64,000 nucleotides of DNA, taken from the IMG/VR virus record IMGVR_UViG_3300023184_000024, positions 186,001-250,000 of that record; one strand, given 5' to 3'. The notes beneath the pieces are model-generated. The model ran no database searches, was not told the origin of the DNA, and saw only the letters and a program-made list of their open reading frames with translations. Made by a program: the position numbers and the translations under genes. Every line of letters begins with the position of its first letter. Position 1 is the first letter of the stretch. Shown here one piece after another: positions 19,887 through 29,445 of this stretch.

Positions 19887-21001
19887 GCAAACCAAGAATA
19901 TCAACGTATTACAGTGAGCTTGTTAACAGCATTGCTGTTAGATACGGCTATAAGTTTTTGCATCAATGGCGTATAGTTGACTATGATTACCGATTTCATA
20001 CATTTGCAAGTGAGTTAGCTAGCCTTAAAAAAGATACCTTTGCGCCTGAAGAAAAATTTCTAATAGAACATGCTGATGTAGAGTATTTTGTCAACGGATT
20101 TGGGTTTAGCATTGATAACTTCAATACCATGATTAGATCTTTAGACATTGACCCGTGTAGGTTTGTTATTCTAACCAATCATTATTGCAGTACACAAAAG
20201 TGGAATAGTTATTGTTCAGATCCTAATAACCAGTTTCATGTAATCGAAACTCCTCTTTCAACATTGTTGGTTAACCACGATTACAAACCTGTTACATCAG
20301 CAGAAGAGTGTCAGTATCGATTTTGCTCAATGCTAGGGAAAAGTCGAGTACACAGAGATATTTTGGCCAAGTATTTTATTTCACAAAATCTTGTTAAGGA
20401 CAACTTGATTTCAGTTAATTTGTGGCCCGAACGAGCATCTAGTAGAACAAAAACCAGACAAGACGAACAAAAGTATATTAACAATTTATTTTTTTTACGT
20501 ACAGATCCGTTTGCTCGCATCAACGAACACTGGATACACGATCAATCATTGCTAGACATTGAAAAATTTGTTGTGATCAACGGACCATTGACCAATGATA
20601 TACTTAACTCTGCCACTAAGTCGCTTGCTCCTGAAGAATTGTATAAAAAAATATTTGTTGATATTGTAGCCGAGAGCGTTTACAACTATCCTCATGCATA
20701 CATTTCAGAAAAAACAATTAGACCTATTATATCTTCTCGACCGTTTATCATAGTTGGTGCTCCTGGTACATTGGCATGGTTACATCAACTTGGTTTCAAA
20801 ACATTTGACCAATACTGGGATGAAGACTACGATCAATGCACAGATTCCAATCAAAGATTTCATAAAATTTTTAAACTAATCGAAACCATCAACTCATGGC
20901 CTATTGCAAAATGTCAAGAAATTCTTACCTCTATGATGGAAATTTTTAAACACAACATTGAAGTCTACAACCATTGGGTAGAAAATCCGTTACATGTCTA
21001 A
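19880..21001 (+). CDS. Glycosyltransferase-like hypothetical protein
   Basis: DIVAESV...ISEKTIRPI....PFIIVG...GFKTF...WDEDYD; the SEK motif resembles GT10-like donor-binding motifs. Confidence 0.45.
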   Translation: MLSKPRISTYYSELVNSIAVRYGYKFLHQWRIVDYDYRFHTFASELASLKKDTFAPEEKFLIEHADVEYFVNGFGFSIDNFNTMIRSLDIDPCRFVILTNHYCSTQKWNSYCSDPNNQFHVIETPLSTLLVNHDYKPVTSAEECQYRFCSMLGKSRVHRDILAKYFISQNLVKDNLISVNLWPERASSRTKTRQDEQKYINNLFFLRTDPFARINEHWIHDQSLLDIEKFVVINGPLTNDILNSATKSLAPEELYKKIFVDIVAESVYNYPHAYISEKTIRPIISSRPFIIVGAPGTLAWLHQLGFKTFDQYWDEDYDQCTDSNQRFHKIFKLIETINSWPIAKCQEILTSMMEIFKHNIEVYNHWVENPLHV

Positions 21002-21833
21002 GCCTGTATTGCCGTTTGTTGAATCGATGATTATTCGGCCTTGCAATTTATCGTGTGAGGGTTGCACTACATTTTCTGATTTAAAATGGCAGGGTTATGT
21101 CACATGGGAACAGGGCAAACAGTCCTTGTCTCCTTGGGTGCAAAGATTAAACATCGAAGCATGGGGAGTCATGGGAGGGGAACCTTTTATGAATCCAGAG
21201 TTGGCAGATTGGCTTGTTGGTGTTCGCAGTCTGATGCCAGACACACAAATTAGATTAACCACAAACGGATTACTTGTAGAAAAAAATTGGCATGTAGTTG
21301 AGTTAATGCAACGGTTAGGCAATTGCATATTAAAACTTAGTCAGCATATAGAAGATACTTCAATTGACTCTATGGTAGATCGACTGTACTCTCAATGGAA
21401 CTGGTCCCCGGTACATGAGTACGGATTAAATCGGTTGGTCACTGACAACAAATTTAAATTTCAACTATCAAACACTTCTACATTTTATAAAACATTCAAA
21501 GGCAAGTACGAAAATATGTTGCCCCACAACAATACACCAGCAGACGCTTTTAAACATTGTTGTCAACAACGATGCCCAATGATTTACAAAGGTAGATTAT
21601 TTAAATGTGGCACCGTGGCTCTGACTCCCGAATTGCTGGATAGATTTGATCGTCCAAATTGGGACATGTGGCAAGACTATATTGTCCCAGGACTGGGTGC
21701 TGATTGTAATGATCGAGATCTAGAGCAATTTATTAATAACTTTGGGCGGCCTAACTCTCTTTGCAGACAATGCCCAACCGACCAAGATCATGACTCAGTA
21801 ATTGAACACAAAATAACAGTAACAAGGAAATAA
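20994..21833 (+). CDS. Radical SAM protein
   Basis: CNLSCEGC (CX3CX2C), GGEPF, TTNG, plus C-terminal Cys cluster. Confidence 0.85.
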   Translation: MSKPVLPFVESMIIRPCNLSCEGCTTFSDLKWQGYVTWEQGKQSLSPWVQRLNIEAWGVMGGEPFMNPELADWLVGVRSLMPDTQIRLTTNGLLVEKNWHVVELMQRLGNCILKLSQHIEDTSIDSMVDRLYSQWNWSPVHEYGLNRLVTDNKFKFQLSNTSTFYKTFKGKYENMLPHNNTPADAFKHCCQQRCPMIYKGRLFKCGTVALTPELLDRFDRPNWDMWQDYIVPGLGADCNDRDLEQFINNFGRPNSLCRQCPTDQDHDSVIEHKITVTRK

Positions 21834-21834
21834 C

Positions 21835-23007
21835 ATGTATCAAGTTTATCAACATTGGGACCCACTAAACGTTTGTCTTGTGGGCAAAACATACCCTCCT
21901 GAGTTTTATTCGTGGGTTGCCGACACTAATACTCGTCGACGGTTTGAAAAGTTAGCCGAAGAAACTGAAGAAGACTATCAGAATCTCATTGGGCTGTTAA
22001 GCAACAAATTTGGAGTTAAGATTTTTCGACCAGAGTTTCCTGAAGATTTGAACACGTTGTACATTAACGGCAAATGGGTTCAACCGCCCACTGCCCCTCG
22101 CGATTATTTTTTAATGATACAAGACAAATTCTGGGTTCCTAAAATCCCCAATGCCAGTCATGCATGGTCAGTGTTTTATCGTCAACACAAACAAAGTTGG
22201 TGGCCGGACTATGTTCGCCCAGAAGATTTTTATCAAGCCTTGCCCGAGTATGCCATCGAGATCCAGAAAAAATTTGAATTGTTTAAACACACCGATCAAC
22301 TGCATCTTGATGCCAAGTTAAATTTTTATAATCATGTTACTGACCATATCACAGCACAAGGAAATACCATTGAGTACACTGATCTTGATTTTATCAACGG
22401 ATGTTTTGTGAGCCGTCTTGGGCAAGATCTGTATTTTGCCACTCAAACGTATCATGACGACAAACAAGGTATTCTAAACAAGGTCAATGGGCTATTTCCG
22501 CACACACGTAATCATGTAGTAAACTCTGGTGGACACGGTGATGCGGTATACTGCCCAGTAACCCCGGGATTGATCATCAGTTTAAATGATGTTCCAACCT
22601 ATGCAGACACATTCCCAGACTGGGAAGTGGTGTATCTCCCACCGAGCAACTATTCTCACATGAGAGAGTTTGAGCACAGCATGAAGCGCAACAAAGGTCG
22701 ATGGTTCATGCCCGGATTTGAGCAAGACAATAATCTAACCAATATGGTAGACCACTACTTTGACGAATGGGTTGGGCAAGTTTCTGAAACTGTGTTTGAT
22801 GTTAACATTCTAATTGTTGATCCTAAAAATATTGTAGTCAGCACTCACAATGATTTAGTGGAGCAGGCCTGTGCCAGACACGGCATAGAGGTACACGTTG
22901 TGCCATTTAGGCACAAATATTTTTGGGATTGCGGTATACACTGTGTCACCAACGACCTTGATAGATCTGGCGCCAAGGAAAACTTTTTTCCTAATCGTAC
23001 CGATTGA
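21835..23007 (+). CDS. Amidinotransferase (pentein superfamily)
   Basis: WDPL N-terminus, PRD, HGD and terminal GIHCVTNDL with catalytic Cys, as in glycine/inosamine amidinotransferases. Confidence 0.8.
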   Translation: MYQVYQHWDPLNVCLVGKTYPPEFYSWVADTNTRRRFEKLAEETEEDYQNLIGLLSNKFGVKIFRPEFPEDLNTLYINGKWVQPPTAPRDYFLMIQDKFWVPKIPNASHAWSVFYRQHKQSWWPDYVRPEDFYQALPEYAIEIQKKFELFKHTDQLHLDAKLNFYNHVTDHITAQGNTIEYTDLDFINGCFVSRLGQDLYFATQTYHDDKQGILNKVNGLFPHTRNHVVNSGGHGDAVYCPVTPGLIISLNDVPTYADTFPDWEVVYLPPSNYSHMREFEHSMKRNKGRWFMPGFEQDNNLTNMVDHYFDEWVGQVSETVFDVNILIVDPKNIVVSTHNDLVEQACARHGIEVHVVPFRHKYFWDCGIHCVTNDLDRSGAKENFFPNRTD

Positions 23008-23009
23008 TA

Positions 23010-23038
23010 TTGCTTTCTGCCAAAGATTCAGCTATTAT
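23010..23038 (+). promoter_or_regulatory. Possible sigma70-type promoter for gp46
   Basis: TTGCTT-17 nt-TATTAT in the 39-nt intergenic gap. Confidence 0.4.
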
Positions 23039-23046
23039 AGTATGAT

Positions 23047-24810
23047 ATGATCAAAATTAAAAATATAACTGTTAAAAACTTTTTATCTGTGGGCAATGCA
23101 ACACAGGCTGTAAATTTTGATCGTAACGATCTAACATTGGTGCTTGGAGAAAATCTAGATCTTGGCGGAGACGGTAGTCGCAATGGTACTGGCAAAACCA
23201 CGTTGATTAATGCACTTAGCTACGCATTGTACGGCAATGCCATCAGCAATATTCGCAAAGACAATCTTATAAACCGAACCAATGGTAAATCCATGTTGGT
23301 TAGTTTAGAGTTTAGTGTGCAAGGAAAAGAGTACAAAGTCGAACGTGGGCGTAAACCCAATGTTCTTAAATTCTATATCAACAACGAAGAACAATCGTCT
23401 GAGGACAATGCACAAGGCGACAGCAGAGAAACACAGGATGCAATTGAACGTGTTCTCGGTATGAGTCACGACATGTTCAAACATGTACTAGCGTTGAACA
23501 CTTACACTGAACCGTTTTTAAGTTTAAAATCCAATGATCAACGTGCAATAATTGAACAGTTGTTAGGTATTACTCAGCTCAGTGAACGAGCAGATCGTAT
23601 CAAAGAGTTGAATCGAGTAACCAAGGACGCTATCTCTCAAGAAGAAATGCGCATACGAGCACAGCAAGAAGCTAATAAGCGAATTGAAGAACAGATAGAA
23701 GCTATAAAACGCAGACAAACATTGTGGAAAACCAAAAATGCCAATGACATTGCTGACCTAACCACCGCACTAATTTCGTTGCAAAATATAGACATTGACG
23801 TCGAGGTGCAAGCACACCGAGACCACAAGATATGGGAACAAAAACGCAAAGAGATCAACGAGTTGGCATCTGCAATTAGTCGTGCCAAACTTGATCTAGG
23901 ACGTGAAGAAAAAAACATTGCTAAGATAGTCAAAGATATTTCTGCATTAAAAAACCACACTTGCCATGCTTGTGGTCAAGACTTGCACGATTCAAAGCAT
24001 GAGGAAGTGTTAGCCGGCAAACAACAAGACTTGGAATCTGCAACAACCAGTGAACTTGCATTCTCTACTGAATTAGCTGTGTTGGAATCTACACACAAAG
24101 AGTTGGGAGTTCTAGGAAAACCTCCTAAAATGTTCTATGACAAAGAAGAAGATGCTATTCAGCATCGAGCTACTTTAGAAAATTTACAAAAACAAATTGC
24201 AGACAAATCCAATGATGTAGATCCTTACGGTGAACAAATTGACGAAATGCAAAATCAAGCACTAGTTGTGGTCACGTATGATGTGTTAAACGAGTTAACC
24301 AGACTACAAGACCATCAGGATTTCTTACTCAAGCTGTTGACCAACAAAGACAGTTTTATCCGCAAAAAAATTATTGAGCAAAATCTCAGCTACCTTAATA
24401 ATAGATTAACACATTATCTTGATCGCATCGGACTACCACATCAAGTTGTTTTCCAAACTGACTTAACTGTTGAAATTACAGAGCTGGGTCGAGATTTAGA
24501 TTTCGACAACCTGAGCAGAGGCGAGCGCAATAGATTGATCCTGTCGATGTCGTGGGCATTCAGAGACGTTTGGGAAAGCTTGTACTATCCAATTAATCTC
24601 TTGTTCATTGACGAACTAGTCGATTCTGGTATGGACACGCAGGGTGTTGAAAATAGCTTATCTTTACTAAAGAAAATGAGCAGAGAACGCCACAAGAGTA
24701 TCTGGTTAGTAAGCCACAGAGATGAACTAGCAGGACGAGTAGAGAATATACTTCGTGTAATTAAAGAGAACGGATTTACTACATACAATACAGATGTGGA
24801 TGTATTATAA
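23047..24810 (+). CDS. gp46: Recombination ATPase subunit, gp46/SbcC/Rad50-like
   Basis: Walker A NGTGKTT, coiled coil with CHACG zinc hook, signature LSRGE, Walker B LLFIDE, VSH. Confidence 0.92.
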   Translation: MIKIKNITVKNFLSVGNATQAVNFDRNDLTLVLGENLDLGGDGSRNGTGKTTLINALSYALYGNAISNIRKDNLINRTNGKSMLVSLEFSVQGKEYKVERGRKPNVLKFYINNEEQSSEDNAQGDSRETQDAIERVLGMSHDMFKHVLALNTYTEPFLSLKSNDQRAIIEQLLGITQLSERADRIKELNRVTKDAISQEEMRIRAQQEANKRIEEQIEAIKRRQTLWKTKNANDIADLTTALISLQNIDIDVEVQAHRDHKIWEQKRKEINELASAISRAKLDLGREEKNIAKIVKDISALKNHTCHACGQDLHDSKHEEVLAGKQQDLESATTSELAFSTELAVLESTHKELGVLGKPPKMFYDKEEDAIQHRATLENLQKQIADKSNDVDPYGEQIDEMQNQALVVVTYDVLNELTRLQDHQDFLLKLLTNKDSFIRKKIIEQNLSYLNNRLTHYLDRIGLPHQVVFQTDLTVEITELGRDLDFDNLSRGERNRLILSMSWAFRDVWESLYYPINLLFIDELVDSGMDTQGVENSLSLLKKMSRERHKSIWLVSHRDELAGRVENILRVIKENGFTTYNTDVDVL

Positions 24811-25437
24811 ATGGACTCAATAATTGAACTTGATAGCTGGATTACGCTGAAAGAAATAGACGATCTATTGGCCATTGCCAACACATGGGACAAAGTTGAA
24901 TACACTGCAAAAGAAGGAAAATTTCCTGGAAAATTGGTTGCAACACAAAGTTGGCATACCTGGGATAACAATGATGATCTTGGAAAAATTTTGCATGACC
25001 GTATGCAGTCAGTTATTGGCAATCACCGGGTAGTCGAATTGGACTATGTAGAGCTATACTTGCCGTGGGATATACATTGCGATTATGAACGTCCATTCCC
25101 GACACCTAACCCTTATTATAGTTTTTTGATTCCTTTACAATCCTTTCCTAGTAGAACTATATTTTTTGAACAAATCGCAGACTACAATGATTTTTGGAAA
25201 TACAAACAACACAACAGGCATGTTGAAAATTGTGTTGACCTAGAATTTTGGAACAATAATCTAAGTCACTGCTGGGACGAAGACCGACTATACTTGTCGT
25301 TACAGCATGTTAGCAAGCAATGGATTGCCGGCGATGCTATATGCTTCAAACGTGATATCTTACACAGCAGTGATGATTTTTATGTACGTCATCCGGGACC
25401 AAAGAAATTTTTACAAATTTTAACCGACACAGTATGA
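24811..25437 (+). CDS. 2OG-Fe(II) oxygenase-like protein
   Basis: IHCD (HxD), SFLIPL strand, distal LHSS. Confidence 0.5.
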   Translation: MDSIIELDSWITLKEIDDLLAIANTWDKVEYTAKEGKFPGKLVATQSWHTWDNNDDLGKILHDRMQSVIGNHRVVELDYVELYLPWDIHCDYERPFPTPNPYYSFLIPLQSFPSRTIFFEQIADYNDFWKYKQHNRHVENCVDLEFWNNNLSHCWDEDRLYLSLQHVSKQWIAGDAICFKRDILHSSDDFYVRHPGPKKFLQILTDTV

Positions 25438-25955
25438 ACATTCTTATAACTGGTACAAAAGGATTGGCTGAAGCATTGGGAAGATTATTGTCACAAGACA
25501 ACCACGTTACTTGTGTCAGCAAATCCAATGGATACAACATTGCTGATATCATGACATGGGGACCAAAATTTTATCACTACGATGTTTGTATTAACTGTTG
25601 TTATGATACGTGGCATCAAGTTGGTGTGTTGGAACAATTTTATTATGCATGGCGCAATGATTCATCAAAGCAAATTATAAACATTGGTTCAATTATCAGT
25701 GACTATACTCGCACAGACGTGACTACTGAGCACGAATATCTAGCATATCGTGTTCATAAACAGGCATTACAAACTGCATTTAACAAACTTAGTAGATCAG
25801 CCAAATGCGATATTAAACTAATCAATCCAGGTGCAATTGACACTGATATGATAAAGCACATGGACTGTGTTAAAATGTCTCCGGAGTGGTTGGCTACCCA
25901 AATTAAAAATGTTATGTCGCAAACATGGTTAAAGAGAGTTGACTTATGGCAATAA
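25434..25955 (+). CDS. Short-chain dehydrogenase/reductase
   Basis: ILITGTKGLA Rossmann start, IINIGS, YRVHK (YxxxK), INPGAIDTDM. Confidence 0.8.
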   Translation: MNILITGTKGLAEALGRLLSQDNHVTCVSKSNGYNIADIMTWGPKFYHYDVCINCCYDTWHQVGVLEQFYYAWRNDSSKQIINIGSIISDYTRTDVTTEHEYLAYRVHKQALQTAFNKLSRSAKCDIKLINPGAIDTDMIKHMDCVKMSPEWLATQIKNVMSQTWLKRVDLWQ

Positions 25956-27049
25956 ATTGGCAATACTATCATTGGCACTTGGAACTCAGCGCAGTTTGTG
26001 CTCTTCAATGTCCTCGCTGTCCAAGAACAGAACATCCAGATACTCCTTGGTTAAATTACAGCATGAGTTTGGATTTTTTTAAATCCTTTATGACTCCTGA
26101 CATGTTAAAAAACAAAGTAAAAAGATTGACCATGTGCGGAGATGTAGGTGATCCAATTTACTGCAAAGATTTCCTTGACATATACAAATATATCAAAGAA
26201 GTCAATCCTAAAATACATGTGTATACTATTACCAACGGCAGCAATCGAAAAGCCGAGTGGTGGCAGGCATTTGCACAAGTTGCCAACGAGTATGACACAA
26301 TAAATTTCAGCATCGATGGGTACGATCAACTCAGCAATGCAATGTATCGTGTTGGCAGTAACTGGCAATCTATCATGACTGGTATTAGCACTCTTAGAAA
26401 ATACAATACAAAAATTCTAATCAACTGGGCAATGATTGTTTTTAAGTTCAATCAAAACCATATTGGTAAAATACAAGCATTGGCTAGTGACCTAGGAATG
26501 GATGCTTTGCAAATTACAAAAAGCACCAAGTTTGGCAGCAAGTACGGAGAAGCATATCTTGGCGTTAATGATTATCTTGAGCCAGACAGCAAATGGATTT
26601 CACCAAGTCATCGTTACGAACGTTCGATGATTAACATCAGTGGTCGACAACCACTTAATCAAGAGTTTATAATACAAAACAAGCAACAATACATTGCTAT
26701 CAAGCAAGAGTATCATAACAAACCAATCACTCCGCTGTGCGAAATTGGCAATAGAGGACTGTATGTCAATGCCGAAGGTGTATTATTTCCATGCAGTTGG
26801 ACTAGTTTTCCTTATAAAAGTTTGAGTAATGGTGTAAAAACCATAGAATGGAAGGATAGCTTTTTTGCTATGTACAGAGAGCAAATGAACTTACGTACAC
26901 GATCGTTGGACGAAATACTCAACGATCCACTATGGGACAAGTGCAGCCAAGGTTGGCATGACGAGTCTAAGACTTGGGTAGAATGCCAGCAAAAATGTAA
27001 TACCAGTATTGTTGATGTAAATTATGCAGTGGGTTGGGAAACCAATTAA
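25946..27049 (+). CDS. Radical SAM protein with SPASM/twitch-like C-terminus
   Basis: CALQCPRC, TNG, FSIDG, and C-terminal C...G..FPC...CQQKC. Confidence 0.85.
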   Translation: MAINWQYYHWHLELSAVCALQCPRCPRTEHPDTPWLNYSMSLDFFKSFMTPDMLKNKVKRLTMCGDVGDPIYCKDFLDIYKYIKEVNPKIHVYTITNGSNRKAEWWQAFAQVANEYDTINFSIDGYDQLSNAMYRVGSNWQSIMTGISTLRKYNTKILINWAMIVFKFNQNHIGKIQALASDLGMDALQITKSTKFGSKYGEAYLGVNDYLEPDSKWISPSHRYERSMINISGRQPLNQEFIIQNKQQYIAIKQEYHNKPITPLCEIGNRGLYVNAEGVLFPCSWTSFPYKSLSNGVKTIEWKDSFFAMYREQMNLRTRSLDEILNDPLWDKCSQGWHDESKTWVECQQKCNTSIVDVNYAVGWETN

Positions 27050-27465
27050 TGAAATTCTACCTGGGCCTAGAACATCCAACACTTAACAGAGTACGGTTAC
27101 TTGTTGATCAACGAGAAATCACAGACTGCGAAGTAGTATCTCAATGGGAATCAACTGTTGATGTTACTAGAACAACCAGCATTGAAGTTTGGTTTTGGCC
27201 TTGGGGTATTAAACCATTGTTAAGAGTTAATGGGCACTTAGTAGATTTTAGTTTGGCAAAAGTAGATCAATTTGATCATATGTTAAAGTTCAACTTGACC
27301 AAAGACTTTTTTAATCTATACGGCCAAGAGTTAGTGACCAGTAGAATTGAGTCACAGTTCAAGAATGGTGTTGTTGACAAAGACGTTTACGATTCAGTCA
27401 TTGGATTTGGACAGCACCACTATGATTTGGTTGAAAAAATAAAACGACGATTAGTTAATGGATAA
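27049..27465 (+). CDS. Hypothetical protein
   Basis: Start placed at ATG 27049 (TAATG overlap with upstream stop); no recognisable motif. Confidence 0.55.
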   Translation: MKFYLGLEHPTLNRVRLLVDQREITDCEVVSQWESTVDVTRTTSIEVWFWPWGIKPLLRVNGHLVDFSLAKVDQFDHMLKFNLTKDFFNLYGQELVTSRIESQFKNGVVDKDVYDSVIGFGQHHYDLVEKIKRRLVNG

Positions 27466-28951
27466 CAAAAAGTTTGCGTTTGTAACTGTACCTGTGCTAG
27501 AGCTATGGAATCCATCGGCTGCATTGGCTGCGCTTACTCCAATGATAAAACGCCACGGACTTGAGCCACAACTGATTGACATAAACCTAGAGCTCAACGA
27601 AATGTTGTCCGAGGCTGATTGGGATCAATTCAACGATTGGGCAAGTATGGTCACTGATCAAATTGACGATCAGTTGATCATCCGTGTGCTAGACATAGTA
27701 GATCAACACTTGTCTACTATAGAGTGCGGTTGGTTGGCTTTCAGTGTATTTTCATTTTACAGCGTTAGGCCAACGGCACTAATATTATCCCATCTAGGAA
27801 AAAACAGCAGTCGACAACATAAAATATTGTTAGGCGGCAGCGGTACAATGAGTAGCATGGCAGAATTTGGTCAAAAACCTTTTGGCCAGTGGTGTTTAGA
27901 AAACAATCTTGCAGACTACTGTATATTTGGCGAAGGTGAACAGGCCTTAGATAATCTTCTCAGCGGCAATGACCAATATCCCGGAATCAACAATACCAAT
28001 TTTACACAGATCACCAATCTTGATACATTGCCGTTGCCTGAATATTCAAGTTTTGATTTTTCTAGGTACAAAGACAGTCGAGTGTTATTAACTGGTAGTC
28101 GTGGATGTGTTAGACATTGCACATTCTGTGACATTGACTTGACTTGGCCAAAATACACTTACCGCAGTCCACACTTGATTGTTGAAGAGATGCGGCGACA
28201 TGTGCACGAATTGGGAGTAAGTAAATTTGAATTCACTGACAGTCTCATCAATGGATCAGTGTCAAACTGGAACAAATTCAACGAGTTGCTAATTGAGGCC
28301 AAGGCCAAGGACCCAGCAATGAAAGATGTCAGTTACATGGGTCAGTTTATTTGCAGGAATCGCACTAGTATGCATTCAAGCACCTATGAACTCATGCACT
28401 ACGCTGGATGTAAACAAATACATGTGGGCATCGAACACTTCAGTGAACGAGTTCGTTATCACATGAAGAAAAAATTCAGTGACGCAGACATTGACTATCA
28501 CTTGGAAATGAGCAGTCGTTGGCACATTCCAAATATTTTTTTGATGATTGTAGGTTATCCAACTGAAACCTTGCAGGATCATCAACAACAATTAAAAGCA
28601 ATAGAAAAATATCAAATTTATGCACAAACTGGCGCTATCTTTATGCTACGATGGGGTCTTACCATGCATATCTACGAAAACACTCCGTTGACAAAAATGT
28701 CAAACGAACTACAGTTGTCGTTTACAGACAATGCATTTCATGACAGCGTTTTCAACTGGGTCGCTGGTGTTAACCCGACTCTGGACTTGGCGGAACGTAT
28801 CCGTCGCAGAGTTGAACTACACGAGCTCAGTGCAAAATTAGGGTATTCAATGCCCAACACCAGAAAAGAACTAGCAAGTTTATTACAGCTCACAGAACAA
28901 ATGCACCTTATTAAACCACCACCAAAAACTATTCAAATAATACCAGCTTAA
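27458..28951 (+). CDS. B12-binding-domain radical SAM protein
   Basis: N-terminal cobalamin-binding-like region (KILLGG...GEGE), SRGCVRHCTFC, GIEHFSE, VGYPTET. Confidence 0.85.
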   Translation: MDNKKFAFVTVPVLELWNPSAALAALTPMIKRHGLEPQLIDINLELNEMLSEADWDQFNDWASMVTDQIDDQLIIRVLDIVDQHLSTIECGWLAFSVFSFYSVRPTALILSHLGKNSSRQHKILLGGSGTMSSMAEFGQKPFGQWCLENNLADYCIFGEGEQALDNLLSGNDQYPGINNTNFTQITNLDTLPLPEYSSFDFSRYKDSRVLLTGSRGCVRHCTFCDIDLTWPKYTYRSPHLIVEEMRRHVHELGVSKFEFTDSLINGSVSNWNKFNELLIEAKAKDPAMKDVSYMGQFICRNRTSMHSSTYELMHYAGCKQIHVGIEHFSERVRYHMKKKFSDADIDYHLEMSSRWHIPNIFLMIVGYPTETLQDHQQQLKAIEKYQIYAQTGAIFMLRWGLTMHIYENTPLTKMSNELQLSFTDNAFHDSVFNWVAGVNPTLDLAERIRRRVELHELSAKLGYSMPNTRKELASLLQLTEQMHLIKPPPKTIQIIPA

Positions 28952-29010
28952 ATTTTTACAATTCACAAACATAAGATAACTATAGCACAAGGACAAACTC
29001 CAACACATTC

Positions 29011-29445
29011 ATGACATGGCTTTATCAAAACACCCCAGTTGAGACATTGCCCGAAGATTGTATAGGATTTGTTTATCTAATCACAAATACAACCAGCTCA
29101 CGCAAATACATAGGCAAAAAACTAGCAAAATTCTCCAAGACTACACAACGAACAGTTAAACTCAAGAATGGTACCAAGAAGAAAAAAAAGATTCGCAATA
29201 AAGTTGATTCAGATTGGCGAGACTATTATGGGTCTAGTCCTGAACTTAGCAAGGATGTGGAACTTTTTGGCAAAGATAATTTTATCAGAGAAATACTTTA
29301 TTATTGTAAATCAAAATCAGAATGTAGCTATATTGAGGCAAGAGAACAATTTTCAAGGCGTGTATTAGAATCATCAGATTATTACAACGGGCATATTCAA
29401 GTCCGTGTTCATGGTTCTCATATCAAAGACAAACTAAGCAATTAA
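29011..29445 (+). CDS. Stand-alone GIY-YIG nuclease
   Basis: GFVYLITNTTSSRKYIGKK, YYGSS, conserved E (YIEARE) and YYN; 144 aa with no C-terminal DNA-binding domain; Lys-rich insert. Confidence 0.8.
   Translation: MTWLYQNTPVETLPEDCIGFVYLITNTTSSRKYIGKKLAKFSKTTQRTVKLKNGTKKKKKIRNKVDSDWRDYYGSSPELSKDVELFGKDNFIREILYYCKSKSECSYIEAREQFSRRVLESSDYYNGHIQVRVHGSHIKDKLSN

Noticed and set aside
23010-23016. T4 MotA box (TTGCTTT)
   Set aside because: Spacing to the -10 fits an ordinary -35 element, and no motA is seen in the window.
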